Assembly (NCBI GenBank): GCA_964106645.2
Contig: OZ067041.1
From: Podarcis pityusensis
Taxonomy: Eukaryota
Length of the DNA stretch: 64,000 bases
Direction: 5' to 3' (one strand)
The notes below the pieces were generated by a model, which was not told the DNA's origin, made no database searches, and saw nothing but the letters and a program-made list of their open reading frames with translations. Shown here one piece after another: positions 1 to 12,148 of the stretch (the stretch's first letter is position 1; each line of letters starts with the position of its first letter). Position numbers and translations under genes: made by a program.

Positions 1-23
1 TGTTTTTTTCTTTCTTTCTACAG

Positions 24-124
24 TATTACAGCCACCACTGCAAGTTTCTCCTTTAGAAATCATATTTCAGTATTGTAGGAGAAGTTTGAAGTTGGGTGTT
101 ATAAGTGACAGCAGTAACATAAAG
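24..124 (+). CDS. CFAP47: CFAP47 exon (window exon 1): LQPPLQVSPLEIIFQYCRRSLKLGVISDSSNIK
   Basis: Polypyrimidine tract+CAG at 21-23; donor AAG|GTAGGT; phase 1 in, 0 out. Confidence 0.85.
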
Positions 125-279
125 GTAGGTATGTTACAGAGATGAGTGGATCTTCCAGTTCTGCTTTACTCTTGTTCTGTAGTGAATCATTAAACGGAGG
201 TACATTTATTGTTCATGAGAAATGTGCTTTCTGTTTGTTAAATGACAAAAGCCTTGGTAAATAAAAATATTTTCAGTTT

Positions 280-700
280 GGGTCTGAAACTCAACCATGA
301 GGGAAACAGATGCATCTCTAAGTGGAGATCATTCCAGAGTTGATGCTACCATAGAGGTCTTTCTACTCATCTTCTCACTCGAAATTCCAGTGGGGACCGC
401 AAGCAGACAATCCCTTTCCTGATGATTTTAAGGATCAAGTTGACTAGTATTGGAGGAGGTGCTTCTGCAGATTATTTGGACTCTGGGCCATTCAGGGCTT
501 TGTAAAACCCCACTAACACATGGAATTGAGCCTGGTAGCACACAGACAAGTAGTCCAGAGATTTTAGGACTGCTGTTACATGACCCCATGTTTCTGCTCC
601 AGTTAAATAACCTGATAGCCATTGGGCTCATCCACACTTTTGTTTGTTTTGTGATTTCCAGACTCTAGGGTTTTGTTTCCATCCATACCTGGATGACATC
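280..700 (-). mobile_element. Degraded L2-type LINE 3' fragment
   Basis: Segments like tcattccagag..., gggccattcagggctttgtaaaac...aattgagcctgg resemble the intact L2 copy at 36931-37354; boundaries approximate. Confidence 0.5.
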
Positions 701-1096
701 CTGATGTCACTATTTTTGCGTGATATATTTAAGTATTGCTCCTGAAGTTTTCTTGTAGCATGGTGTGGTGTGGAGCTGTGGGGCTGCCTTCCCAACACTG
801 ATTTTACTGCAGCTTTCCTGGACAGGTCTAGGGTGGCACAGATTGGCAGCAAAGTGCAGGTCTGCCAGCAGGAATAGCAACTGCTATAGCAACACTGGTA
901 TCAGGAGGACGACTGCATGACTATGCTATCATTTGGACTGCTACTGAGGTTTTGGGAACATAAGCTTGAAATCTGAGTGGTGGTACATGACTTTGTGAAC
1001 TCCAGTCTCCTGAATGTTAATTAAAAACAGATAAGTATATCTTGCTGCAGTAATGAAAGTAATGACCCAGCTCTATTCCTCCACATCTTTCTACAG

Positions 1097-1256
1097 AAGC
1101 TACACCTGAAAAATGTCTCAAAGAAACAGATTACTTGGAGATTTGATCTTGATGCTGCTGGCAAAGCAGTAGATTCAGGCATCTTCAAATTTAGTTTGTA
1201 TACTGGAGTTCTCTATCCAGGCCAATCTACAGTTGTTACCATATGCTTCTGTCCAT
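1097..1256 (+). CDS. CFAP47: CFAP47 exon 2: KLHLKNVSKKQITWRFDL...PGQSTVVTICFCP
   Basis: ctttctacAG acceptor; GTAAGT donor; ASH-like LKN..W...L.PG....F.P pattern; phase 0/1. Confidence 0.9.
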
Positions 1257-2514
1257 GTAAGTATTCCCCCAAACCTGATTCAGTTTGCTCTCTCTTTCTG
1301 TGTTTAAAATTAATGCTGTATGTTTAAGCTTCCGCCTTTGATAGGGTTTTGAAGACTCTGAAAAGCGGCACCACCATTTATATTCCTATTCTGTTTTAAA
1401 GCAAACACAATTTTCACTGAATGTTTGCAAAGTAGTTGATTGGTACTGGAAGAACACAAGTTGTAAATTCTGTATGCATAAACAACCATAAGCTAGGGAG
1501 GTTGACTTGATTCTGAACAAAATTTAATTTGCTGATGCTCAGAAGAATTCTAATTGCTCCTATTTGTTGTCTTATGAAAAGTGTACTTGCAATGTGTTTA
1601 TAGGGGTTTGGGAAACATCAGTTTCTATCTTGAAACAAATATGCAAGCCAGAATGAATCAGCTGATAGTTGTTGACCTCCACATTCCACCATGCAGGAAC
1701 TGGATTTCAGTCTGGGAAATACTAAGAAGGCAGTCAAGGTCGCTTTGCTGCAGCCTCAGACATTGCTGCTTTATTGTATAACATGTTTGACATAGTCAAG
1801 GGCTTACAAGTCTCCCGAGACTAGGCCTGTGTCATGGATAAAGTTAAATTCAACTTCCTACTAGTACAGCTGTGAACTCACCTCTCTCTTTTCAAAGCCA
1901 GCCTGTCGAAAACTTTGCTTGCTGTGCATCTATAGAATGTTTGATAGAGATACTACAAAGAGAAATAGGGTCTTAGCACTTTCCTTGCTTACTTAGAACA
2001 TTTTCTGTTGTTTTATGTTGGAAAGTTCAGTAATGAAAAGGGCTAGTGATAGGCACATCACAAAGTGTGTATTTGAAAAAAGAGGTGTAGGTGTAGGTGC
2101 AGGGAGCTGTAGTTTTATCAAGATTGGTACAAGCAAGTTAACTGCTAAATCAGCCATTCAGTAAGTCCGCAAAAATAATTACTCCACATTTCCCTGTCCT
2201 GCCTACTTATTTATACATTTTGATGATAGTAATATGTCAACTAAAGGTGAAAAATATACCGTCTCTAAGGCTCTCATACCTAGCTGCTGGGCAGCAGTTT
2301 TTGCTTGACTAGATGAAGAGTAATACAAGCCTGTATCAAATATAAGTGATACTTGCCATTAAGGGATGTGCTGCAATATCAGTGAGGAACCTATGGAGAT
2401 ATTAATTGTGAACTTGCTCACTACTGATGTTGTATCAAAAGTTGTCAAACAGAGTATGTTACCTTTTAAACTTGGCAAGAATGAAGTAAATGGTAAAGAT
2501 CTTTGAAGTGAGTC

Positions 2515-2900
2515 ATTGCCCTTCATAAAAGCTGGGCCCCTTTACGAAAACCTCCAGCTGGTATAAAATGCTGCAGCCAGACTAGTTAGTTACCTCCAGC
2601 ACATACCTCCACTGCTTAAAAACTTGCACTGGCCTCCAATAATCAATCAATGTTCTTAACTCATAACAACTTAGGTGCATGATACCCCTGTCCGATCACT
2701 GAGATCTTTGAGGGAGTCCCTGTTACTGGTTCCCATGACTCCCATGCATTATTCTTATCTACCACATGCTGTGTGTTCAGCATTCTAGGTCCAGTTCTTT
2801 GGACCTCCTAGCTGAGATCAGGCATGCCCCTCCTTGATGACCCTCATGTGTTTGGTGACTGCTTTTTAAAAATTTCAGCAAGCATTTAAAATGTGATTTT
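2515..2900 (+). mobile_element. Degraded L2 LINE fragment (RT C-terminus)
   Basis: aaactccagctggtataaaatgctgcagccagact (LQLV.NAAARL) and cttaaaaacttgcactggc (L..LHW) motifs. Confidence 0.6.
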
Positions 2901-3122
2901 ATGGTTAATTTTCATTGCTTTAATGCTATATCCTTATTGAATCCTTCTTGGACCCCTATTTCCCATTACATAGAAAATGTAGTATATAAAGTTGAATCCA
3001 ACAGAAATGCTACAGATTTCTACAGCTTAGCATGCTTAGCAAGAATCTTGTCTAATCTGCTGCTTAAAAAGCACACTTAATTTATGTTAATATGAATAAC
3101 CATTAAATTCCCTCCCCCCCAG

Positions 3123-3318
3123 ATTGGGCTGGGGCATATACAGCTCAAGTGCCAGTTCTTCTGAATGAAGATGTATCTGTTTACCGAATAGTCACTTTAT
3201 CTGGGTCCATGACGTCATCCAAGATCAACTTTGAGCCTCAGCTCGTGATACTGACTCCAGTTCCTCTCAATGTGGAAACAGGGGTAGATGTCTGTATAAT
3301 TCCTCAGGATTATTTAAG
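3123..3318 (+). CDS. CFAP47: CFAP47 exon 3: WAGAYTAQVPVLLN...LTPVPLNVETGVDVCIIPQDYL
   Basis: cccccccAG acceptor; AG|GTAAAT donor; phase 1/2. Confidence 0.9.
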
Positions 3319-4899
3319 GTAAATTACAATTTACCTAAATTACAGTTTAAGTTGCAATCAAGTATAAACTGCTTTCCCCTATTGCAGTTCTTCTGTAAAA
3401 CTCTTATTAATTTAAAGGGTGAGTTTATACATATGAGAGGAAGTGGCATTCTTTTCTTTTTAAAAAAATGAGATTAATTTATACCTTCTCTTTTCAAAAT
3501 AATGTCTTGTGCTGCTGATAAATGAATAGGGGGGGAAACAGTTGCAACAAATTGTGAAGTTGCAGGATAGTTTATCTGTGAGACAGGCTTACCTACATTG
3601 CTTTTCCTAATTCTTACAATAATATGGATTAGGGATCTTGGGTTAATTAATTATGCCTTATTATGTGTCAGTAATTTGTTGTGAGACGGGGTATGGCATT
3701 GGATCAGAGCAGATGGTCAGATGCAGAAGTGAAAATCCTCTGCAGGGCACTTGGACAGGTGGGCAGGTAATATGATGACACCAGGGGGCAGAAATTTCAA
3801 GTCACAATTGCAAATGAAAATTCTTCTGTTGTAGCCGTAGCTTGAAGCAGAGCTTTTTGAATTTGGTGCCTTCTTTTCACTTTGCATGACATCAGAATTT
3901 CAATTACTTAATTGAAAAAGTGCCAAATTCAAGCCATGCCTACAGAGAGTGCTTTGAGTCTTTTTTTTTGGAACTGCCGCTTGAATTGTTTTCCAACTTT
4001 CCAGTGCCTGATGTCTTATGATGCCAGACATGGAGAAGATACAGTAAGTATGCGCCCAAAAGGTGGGCCAACCTTTGAGGCCCCATGTGCTTAATTAGGC
4101 CTGTGGGCCGGAGGTTCCCCACCACTGCTGTAATGAAGCTCAAGACTGCAGAGTAGTTGCTCATGTATAAACGATAATTCGAACCACTGTAGCAAACAAG
4201 TTGGACTTAAGGATGTCAACATATAAGATCCTGGTTTGATGGAGGATCAGCTCCCGTTGCGTGCTGGTTCAGGACCAGACATCATCTCATCTAAGCCTAT
4301 GCTGGACTGGTTTGACGTGCTACGGGCTTTTTTTCTGGAAATTCATTAAGTTGAGCAGAAAGGGAAGTTGGTCTGCTGAAGGCTCTTTCTGTAGCATCCA
4401 CAGGGCTGCCAGGACAGCTCTGCTTGTACACAGCACCATATCTAGAATTTGATTTAGTAAGGAACATCTTAGACATGTTTGCCATTTAGTTATATACCAT
4501 TTACTACCTAGCCTATGATGTTACTTAAGCTCCAGCTGCCCAAACCTTTGGGTTGTATTTTATTTTTATTTTTTGGTGCTGTGGAGGTTCAACTATCCTT
4601 GTAGGATTGTGCTAATTGTAGGATTGTGTTCACCAAAACATATTAGTTGGTGATTTTATAGGTTTTTGATCTATGCATTCCTTTGTTATTTCGAATGAAT
4701 TGGATCTAAGGAACTATTCATGCATGCCCTGGAGGGCTTTGGATGTGTGTTTGTTAAATAACTCATCACGTCACATGATAAACCTCTTTTAGAACTTGAA
4801 CAGGGTATCAGCTTGTGATATACTGATATATCATTGCAGGCGGAACAGAAAGTTATAGGGAAAAACAAAGTGGTGGAGCTTTTTTTAAGGGAGGTAGGT

Positions 4900-5126
4900 C
4901 ATAAAATGCTTAAATAAACCTGTGACGATAACAAGCGGGCAAAGTAATAAAGATAAGCTTAGTATCACAAACGATTGCCCATTTCATGGACAGAACGAGG
5001 GCGACGGGGTGCAGAGACTTCCGCCACAATTCTAATTACAGCCAGCAATTTAAAGGGAGCCCGCGATTGACCATGATCATTCGGGGATCGACCTGTTGAT
5101 CGTGATCAACCTGTTGGACATTGCTG
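4900..5126. mobile_element. Probable hAT-family DNA transposon end
   Basis: Iterated gatcgac/gatcgtgatcaac motifs ending in ...gttggacattgctg; other end not found. Confidence 0.35.
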
Positions 5127-5570
5127 TGATATAGCATGGGGTTGTGCCTTTCCACATAAAGAAGGAAGTTCTACTGAGTATTCAAGCCCTTGACTTTGCT
5201 GAAAATTGTTCTTTGTACAAACACTAAATGGTGTTCCTAGCTGAAGTGGCTTTGCAAATGGACTCAACAAAACAATATGCAAAATCAGCTTGGTGTTACT
5301 CTAAATTTTACTCTTCAAGAAGCTGGATAATGTAACAGTATAAACTTTGAAAATTATGAATAAGATTTAATATAACCTGAAGTCCTTCAACTTTGGTTTA
5401 TGAACTCCCAAGTAAGAAGTTCTTGTTTAATACAAATTAGCTGTTACTTTACTCAAAGGATTCTCATCTGACAGCTAATTATAAAATGTATTTTCCCCCT
5501 TAAAGTAATTCTCTGAAAACAACTGTGAAAATATATTCTTCAGCTTTGTTATGTTGATCCTTTGGGACTA

Positions 5571-5924
5571 CAGTGGTACCTCGCAAGACGAATGCCTCGC
5601 AAGACGAAAAACTCGCAAGACGAAAGAGTTTTTCGTTTTTTGAGTTGCTTCGCAAGACGAATTTCCCTATGGGCTTGCTTCGCAAGACGAAAAACAAAAA
5701 AAATGAAAACGTCTTGCAAGTTTGTTTCCTTTTTCTTAAAACCATTAATACCCAGGGTAACTTCGAGGAGCAACTCATAGCACGCGGTGTGGTAGCCTTT
5801 TTTGAGGTTTTTGAAGACTTTGGTGATTTTGAAGACTTTGGGAAACCGTGCTTCGCAAGACGAAAAATTCGCAAGACGAAAAAACTTGCACAACGAATTA
5901 CTTTCGTCTTGTGAGGCACCACTG
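5571..5924. mobile_element. Tc1/mariner (Tigger-like) MITE, 354 bp
   Basis: 22-bp TIRs CAGTGGTACCTCGCAAGACGAA / TTCGTCTTGTGAGGCACCACTG (2 mismatches); TA on both sides; 7 exact CGCAAGACGAA copies. Confidence 0.9.
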
Positions 5925-5960
5925 TACATATCTTACTGCTTCTTCTTCTTTTTTTAATAG

Positions 5961-6173
5961 TTCGACAGTCTTGCAAGTTGAAATTTCAGAATCGGACTCT
6001 GGAGAGGATGTTCATCAGATTAATCCTTTAACAGTGGATTTTCCAAATGGCAATGTAATTCAAGTAACATCAGAAGGAAACAATATTGGATTTACCTGCC
6101 ATGTCAGTTTCTGTTCTTCAAAGCCAATTTCCTTTTTGAAGAATGTCTTTTTTGTTGATGGAGAAAAGAACAG
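5961..6173 (+). CDS. CFAP47: CFAP47 exon 4: STVLQVEISE...CHVSFCSSKPISFLKNVFFVDGEKN
   Basis: tcttcttctttttttaatAG acceptor; AG|GTAGTC donor; phase 2/2; within ORF 5848-6177. Confidence 0.9.
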
Positions 6174-6827
6174 GTAGTCACATTTAGGTACTTCTATGTG
6201 TAGAAATAACTTGGGAAAATTCTTAAAAGATGTTACTTAGCCGAGGGGAAGTGTATAAAAAATGGAGAAGGATGTAGTCAGATTATGTCTTGAGGGCAAA
6301 TCTCATTTGAAATGCTACTGTTTGAAATGGTTGATTTACTACATAGAGAGAATTCCAAAGAACGAGTGACCCAGTGCTGGTTCCAGGATTTTGGCGGCCT
6401 GCAGGGAAAAAAACCTAACTTCGTTGAGCCAATGAAGTGGCCAAATAATCCATCCACCTGAGTGAAGAGGGGATAGCTCCCCACCTTTTCACTAGTGGTT
6501 TCCTCTTTCCCACTCACCTGCAGAAGTGGGACTGAAGAGGAGGAAAAGAACCCTGTGTAGCCCTTTTAATAGGAGGTGTGACAACATAGCTCAAGTTCAT
6601 TGTGGTATAGAAATCGGTTCAGGAGAGTTACACCAGGTGCCAGGACTAGGGGGAGAGGGGAGACAAAAAACAAGAAGACAGTTGCAAGGAATGGGGCATG
6701 CTCAGCACAAAAACTCTTTATATCGACTGCTTTCTATCTTGGCTCAGCTCATCCTGACTGACCTGTTGGTCTTTTGGACCCTCCAGCTACACTTTCTCCT
6801 TCTCCTTGCCATGAAAGAGAGAAGTGA

Positions 6828-6997
6828 CAGGGCTTTTTTTCCAGGGGGAACTCACCAGAACTCAGTTCTGAGGTGGGTTCCAGAACCTCTCAGGTGAGTT
6901 CCAGCGGCTCTCAGGTGGCTGCCATTGCCATGCTAAGAGAAAGAGGAAGGTGTTTATGGTGAGTTCTGGCGCCTCTTTTTCTAGAAGAATAGCCCTG
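6828..6997. mobile_element. Short hAT-like MITE
   Basis: TIR-like ends CAGGGCTTTTTTTCCAG / CTAGAAGAATAGCCCTG; TSD not convincing. Confidence 0.6.
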
Positions 6998-7297
6998 GAA
7001 GGTGGGTCTGTGGGCTGGTAGTGAAGTTAGAAAAGAAACAGCAACAGAGGGAGGTGAGCAAGCATGTAGCTGATTGCTACTCCTTCTCACCATTGTAATT
7101 TCTTGGGCGTTTCCCAGTTTTTAAAATTTATATTAATATATTTATAAATTGTGCTTCCTTCAAAGGAGCTCAAGGCTATGTGCAACACACACATTAACAT
7201 TATAACACAAACAATAAAAGCATGCTAAAAAGAAGTAATAATAATTCAGTAAACACTGATTCAGATATTGTTGCTGAACATTAAGCATTCCAACATC

Positions 7298-7510
7298 AAG
7301 TGGCGAGAGTGTTCGACTAGGACGTGGGAGATCAGGGATCGAATCTCCACTCAGCCAAGAAGCTCACTGGGTGACCTTGGGCCTGTCACAGTCTCTCAGA
7401 CTAACCTACCTGGCAGGGCTGTTGTGAGGATAACATTTAGAGGGAAGAGAAGCGTGCATGCCACCTTGAACTCCTTGGAGAAAAGGTGGGATAGAAATAT
7501 AATAAATAAA
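7298..7510 (+). mobile_element. tRNA-head CORE SINE with L2-like tail (Squam3/MIR-like)
   Basis: B-box-like gggatcgaatctcc; CORE gggtgaccttgggc...agggctgttgtgaggataa; tail aaggtgggatagaaat(aata)n. Confidence 0.7.
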
Positions 7511-8312
7511 TTAACTAGCAAAAGCCTGGGTAAATAAAGTGAAACCTGAAGACCAGGAATGAGTTAATAGTTATGCCCTGTTTTTGGAGTGTTGCTCAAT
7601 TAGTATTGTTTTAAAATAAGCTTTTGTATATTCATGATGCACAATTACAGTATAAAATTTATATTTCTACCCCACAGAATTTTAACTTCCCCAGATGCCT
7701 AACAAAACGGATAAACATTTCTAGAAAACATTAAAAACCCATCCCATGAAATAATGTCAGGGACCAGAAGACTAAAACAACCAGCAATTATGCCATAAGT
7801 GCTCTCAAGAGATGTTTTCCCAACCCATGGTCTTAAAGGTGTAGCAAAATAACAAACCTGATTATGAATGCATAAACTCCTGAAAAGCTTATCAAGCAGG
7901 TGATGCTGTTGTTTGGGGAGTTGTCTGTCTTTAAGCACATTAAACGTGCTTTCTATTCTCAGGCTTTCTATTCTCAGGGCTGAAAATTACTGAAAGCCAC
8001 TAGTCACAAGATTGAGGCAGAGCTTGGCATAATCAGCTAGCAATTACATCATTTTTTTACTAATATCTAATCAGTCTTACAAAATTTCTAAATGGTTTGT
8101 ACAAGGATTTTCCTTGTGGCAAGGAGTTCCATAGCTCAGCTTTCCTCAAGCTACATACATACATTTCCTCTGGAGGTATTATGACAGGCTTCCCATTTTA
8201 GGCAAAATTTGTTTTGCTGTGTTTATCTGTTGCCTGGTGTGCTTATTGCTTCCCCTTCTACCTTCATTATGTGCAGGCATATGAATGTATGCATTGAAAA
8301 AGGCCATCAAGA

Positions 8313-8421
8313 TATTGTTGGACTCCAGTACCCATCACCCCCAGCCGGGGTGGCCCCTGGTCAGGGATGATGGGAGCTGGAGTCCAACAACTACTGAAGG
8401 GTCACAGGTTTCTCATGCTTG
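8313..8421. mobile_element. Palindromic hAT-type MITE remnant
   Basis: Inverted arms gttggactccagtacccatca / tgatgggagctggagtccaac. Confidence 0.6.
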
Positions 8422-8510
8422 CATTACAATGTGTGCAGTCTTCGGTTTGGTGCCCTGGTACTGAAGAAACTGAATGTGTTAATTGAAAATACCTCCTGTT
8501 GTATTTCTAG

Positions 8511-8611
8511 ATTTCCACTTCAGGTGTCTGCAACGGCAGAGAATTGCCTCCTTACTGTGTATCCCTACCTGGCATGCCACCTTACCAACCAACAAATTAC
8601 CCTGAAAAGTG
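8511..8611 (+). CDS. CFAP47: CFAP47 exon 5: FPLQVSATAENCLLTVYPYLACHLTNQQITLKS
   Basis: tatttctAG acceptor; G|GTGAGC donor; phase 2/1. Confidence 0.9.
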
Positions 8612-8966
8612 GTGAGCAGAGGAGGTTTTATCTACTTAGGATAGCTCAAATGCTTATCATAGTTAACACATTGTAGTGAGATTATCCTTAAAAAGGGCTT
8701 CTAATTTTCTTTGGCTACCGAACGGCATTTCAATTGTATGTCCTGTACAAGCTGATGCTTTCTGTGGGTGGGAAAGAGTAGCAGTGAAAACTTAAAATGC
8801 CCAGTGTTATTCAAATGAAGAAAAACAGCTAATAAGCAGGAGGAGAGAGAAAGAGAGAGAGAGGAGGATCAATGAGTAAATCAAGAATGAATAAATTTGC
8901 AGAAGATGCAAATCAGTAGCGGTAAATGGAAGCTGGTTCTCCACATATAAAGTGAGGTAACTCTCC

Positions 8967-8971
<5 letters not shown>

Positions 8972-9012
<41 letters not shown>
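8972..9012. repeat. (TC)n microsatellite
   Basis: About 20 TC units seen directly. Confidence 0.95.
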
Positions 9013-9015
<3 letters not shown>

Positions 9016-9891
9016 AATCCCCTTACTTTCCATCCATCCATCCACACACATACCCCAGCCAGCTGTTTATATATGCTTTCCCCCCTCTACACCCACCCTT
9101 CCTTCCCTGCCTCCAATCGGGACTTTCCTGATGCTGCTGAGAAATTGATGTGGGGTGAAGGGAGCTGACTGCTTTGCAAGTCACCTCTTCACTTTGGATA
9201 AATTTTGCATCCAGAGAAGCAGCAATATGAGCGACCTCTAGCATTGGAAAAGGCTCTCCTCTCAGATTCCTGGACCACCACTTCCTTCTTCATTCCCACT
9301 GCTCCACTCTCAGCCAACACCAGTCCTACCAATTCTGTTGCTGCATAGCTGCCACCACAAACTAGTATTTGGAGGAGGAGGAATATGAGAACTTGAAAGG
9401 AAGGAGGAGCTTGCGCACCCAACAGCCAAACCTGTTAGGAATTAGTTTTGGGCTTAGGTACCCCTTTCAACCCACAAACTCTTAGATTCCCCCAGCTTGT
9501 CCAGGATCACCCTTTCCTTCTTTTGTTCCTCTTTGTTGCTTCTTCACCAGCCAACCCTGGCTTCTCCAGCTCTAATGATGTACAGATCTAGGATTACTTC
9601 TTCCTTTTCTGCCTCCACTTGCTGCTCAATGCTTCTGCTCTCCTAACTAGTAATTTAGAAGGTTGTTTGGGACAGGAGAGAATGCAGAATATAATGAAGG
9701 GGGAGAAAATGTGTCAGATGAATGCTAGGGGGCTCAATAACAGATATGAGGACCAAACATGGCCCATGGGCTGCCCATCTATAGTATGTAGAACGCAATT
9801 AGCAGGGGGGAGGAAAGCAAATGCTTTTGTACTTATTAATTGCAGAAAGTATTGTAAAACGTGTAATGTTACATTTTAATCAAATTTGTAG

Positions 9892-10017
9892 ATTGTAATG
9901 AGATAATTTACAGCACCGGAGAAACTTTGCAGCATCCATGCTATGTTCCAGGATCATGTTCACAAATATCTTCTGGTACTTTTGAGAGAATCACCAACTC
10001 TGAAGATTCTCTTGCAG
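9892..10017 (+). CDS. CFAP47: CFAP47 exon 6: CNEIIYSTGETLQHPCYVPG...SEDSLA
   Basis: tttgtAG acceptor; CAG|GTATAA donor; open, phase 1/1; appears to be a poorly conserved linker. Confidence 0.75.
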
Positions 10018-10593
10018 GTATAATATACAGGATTTCTTTACAACCATGAGGGCTAGAAATGTTTGTTAATGACAATTTAGATTTCCAGGGTTTGTCTGAA
10101 GTTACTAGCTTCTGCGTTAGATTCCAAATCCTGCAGCATGGCTATAGCTATATAGGTTTCCAGACACTTGTAGATTTAAGAGGTATTCTTGTTTAGGAGA
10201 TGTGCTATGCAGTGGCTATGGCCCTACTCATACAACAAACAAAAGTGACTTAACTATGCTAATCAAGATTTTATGTATGTTCCTGGACAGGATATCAAAA
10301 CAAATATCACATTCTTGGGAATCAATATTAGAAAGTTTCAACAGATGCTGCTGCTGAGAAAAAGAATATCAGCTAGTTTATTAGCTGTCTTGTGTGGATT
10401 CACCCTAAAAGACCAAATATAAATACGTTAAACAATAAATAAATACTGGACTAGATGGACCATTAGTCTAATCTAGCAGTAGTTTTGAAATCGACAATCT
10501 GGCTTCTATTCAGAGGGAATGATTTTAGCAGGGGTGGCCAACCACAGTTCTTTGAGGGAGAGATTCAGTTCTGCTATTGGCACTTGCTTGAAA

Positions 10594-10718
10594 ATCATAG
10601 ACTTGTAGAGTTGGAAAGGACCCTGAGGATCATATAATTCAACCCCCTGCAATGCAGGAATATGCAACTGTCCCATACAGGGATTGAACCTGCAGCATCA
10701 CTCCATGCTCTACCCAAC
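10594..10718 (-). mobile_element. Short tRNA-derived SINE with CR1-like 3' tail
   Basis: atcatagacttgtagagttggaaaggaccc (reverse CR1-type end) plus gggattgaacctg (reverse B box). Confidence 0.6.
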
Positions 10719-11485
10719 AGGTGAAGCTCACAAAACAATAGAGGGGATTTTAACTACCTCAGCACTGTTAAGGCCTGCAGTTGCAGGAAAACTACTGCAG
10801 ATATCCTTTTGAAATTTGGCAGCATTCATCCCCACAATGGCACTCCACACCTACAAATGACACCAGATTCTGTCGAAAAGAAAAGAGATTTGTTCCTTTA
10901 AAAAATAAAATAAAAAGCAAACTTTAGACGTGGCCAGCACCTCTTTGTCTGGAATTTGGCAGCTTTTACCCAGCTAGGAGGGAATCATATACCTGCAAAC
11001 TTCATTTGAGACTGTCATAAAGAAAATGAAATAAAGCTAGAAATTTGAGTGATTTACCTATGATAGTGGGAAGGCACAATGCTTTGCTTTTCCTGAACCG
11101 AGATTCACATCTGAAGTGCTGAGTAGTCTCTAAAGCAGCCTGAGCTGATTTGGGACTGTTTTCTGAAGCGCTGAATCTTGTGATGAGTGCACATCTCTAC
11201 TTAGTAAACCAACAAATGTGTAGTGGAACTGAAGAAATGTCAATGCATTTATTATCAGCTGATCTAATTAATCATGTTCCAGTATGGAGCTATACATTAA
11301 TTTGGTCTGCTCTGATAGCTAATGATTTCTTCATAGTAGTGTAGCTACCGATCAGCCACCACAGTGTACAAACACATCCAAAGTCCTTGGTTTTATTTCC
11401 AGCAGAAATCAAACGTATAAGAAAGTAAGTGCTCTACTACTACTTTGTGGTATAATTACAACTAAATTCAGATATTTTTCTGCAG

Positions 11486-11696
11486 AATTGGAAAAGATGC
11501 TTGAAAGGCTGAAGAGTGAATCTACCTATCCAACTAGACGTGCTAGAAGCAAATTTGAATTATTGGTTTTTCCTGATGAAGGCACAGAGGAGTATGCTTT
11601 TTATGAGAAAGTCATTTCAGCAGTTCAGAATTGGTTTACTCTCTTTGGTTGGTCTAAAGGGCCAAATCCCATTTCCATTCCACATTCTTTAAGACG
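11486..11696 (+). CDS. CFAP47: CFAP47 exon 7: LEKMLERL...AVQNWFTLFGWSKGPNPISIPHSLR
   Basis: tttttctgcAG acceptor; CG|GTACTA donor; phase 1/2. Confidence 0.9.
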
Positions 11697-12031
11697 GTAC
11701 TAGCTCATTATTTTCTCACACTTCCTACCTTTTAAACAGTGAATGTCTTTTTCGTTTGATTAAAAGAACTGTTTTGCTAAAATACCTGCAGTGGAATTTT
11801 ACTGAGATCTTGGTAGGATGTTGAAGACTGGGAGAGGAAAAGCCACAAATATACACCTCTAGTTTAAGCAAAATAATGAAGACCTGTGTAATGAGGCATG
11901 AACAGCTGAAAGGGGACACAGCTTTATGTGTGCCTTGATTTGGTTACAGGCTAACTTTCTGATCACCATCTCTCTTTAAAATAATAAAAAATGAGTATAT
12001 ATAATATGTTTGCTCTCCTCTAGTTATAGCA

Positions 12032-12148
12032 GGTGGTATTGAACTAAGTGTTACTCAGAGTAGATCCACTGACATTACTGCAGCTAACTTAATTGTGTTC
12101 ATTAATTGAAGTGGGTCTACTCTGATTAAAACTTAGTTCAATACCACC
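12032..12148. mobile_element. Fold-back MITE (39-bp arms, 3 mismatches)
   Basis: ggtggtattgaactaagtgttactcagagtagatccact ... agtgggtctactctgattaaaacttagttcaataccacc; related copy at about 39806-39893. Confidence 0.75.

Noticed and set aside
5582-5880. Repeated CGCAAGACGAA units as a CRISPR-like array; overlapping 110-158 aa ORFs
   Set aside because: The repeats are 11 bp with irregular spacing, inside TA-flanked TIRs in a vertebrate intron. The ORFs are by-products of the repeat.
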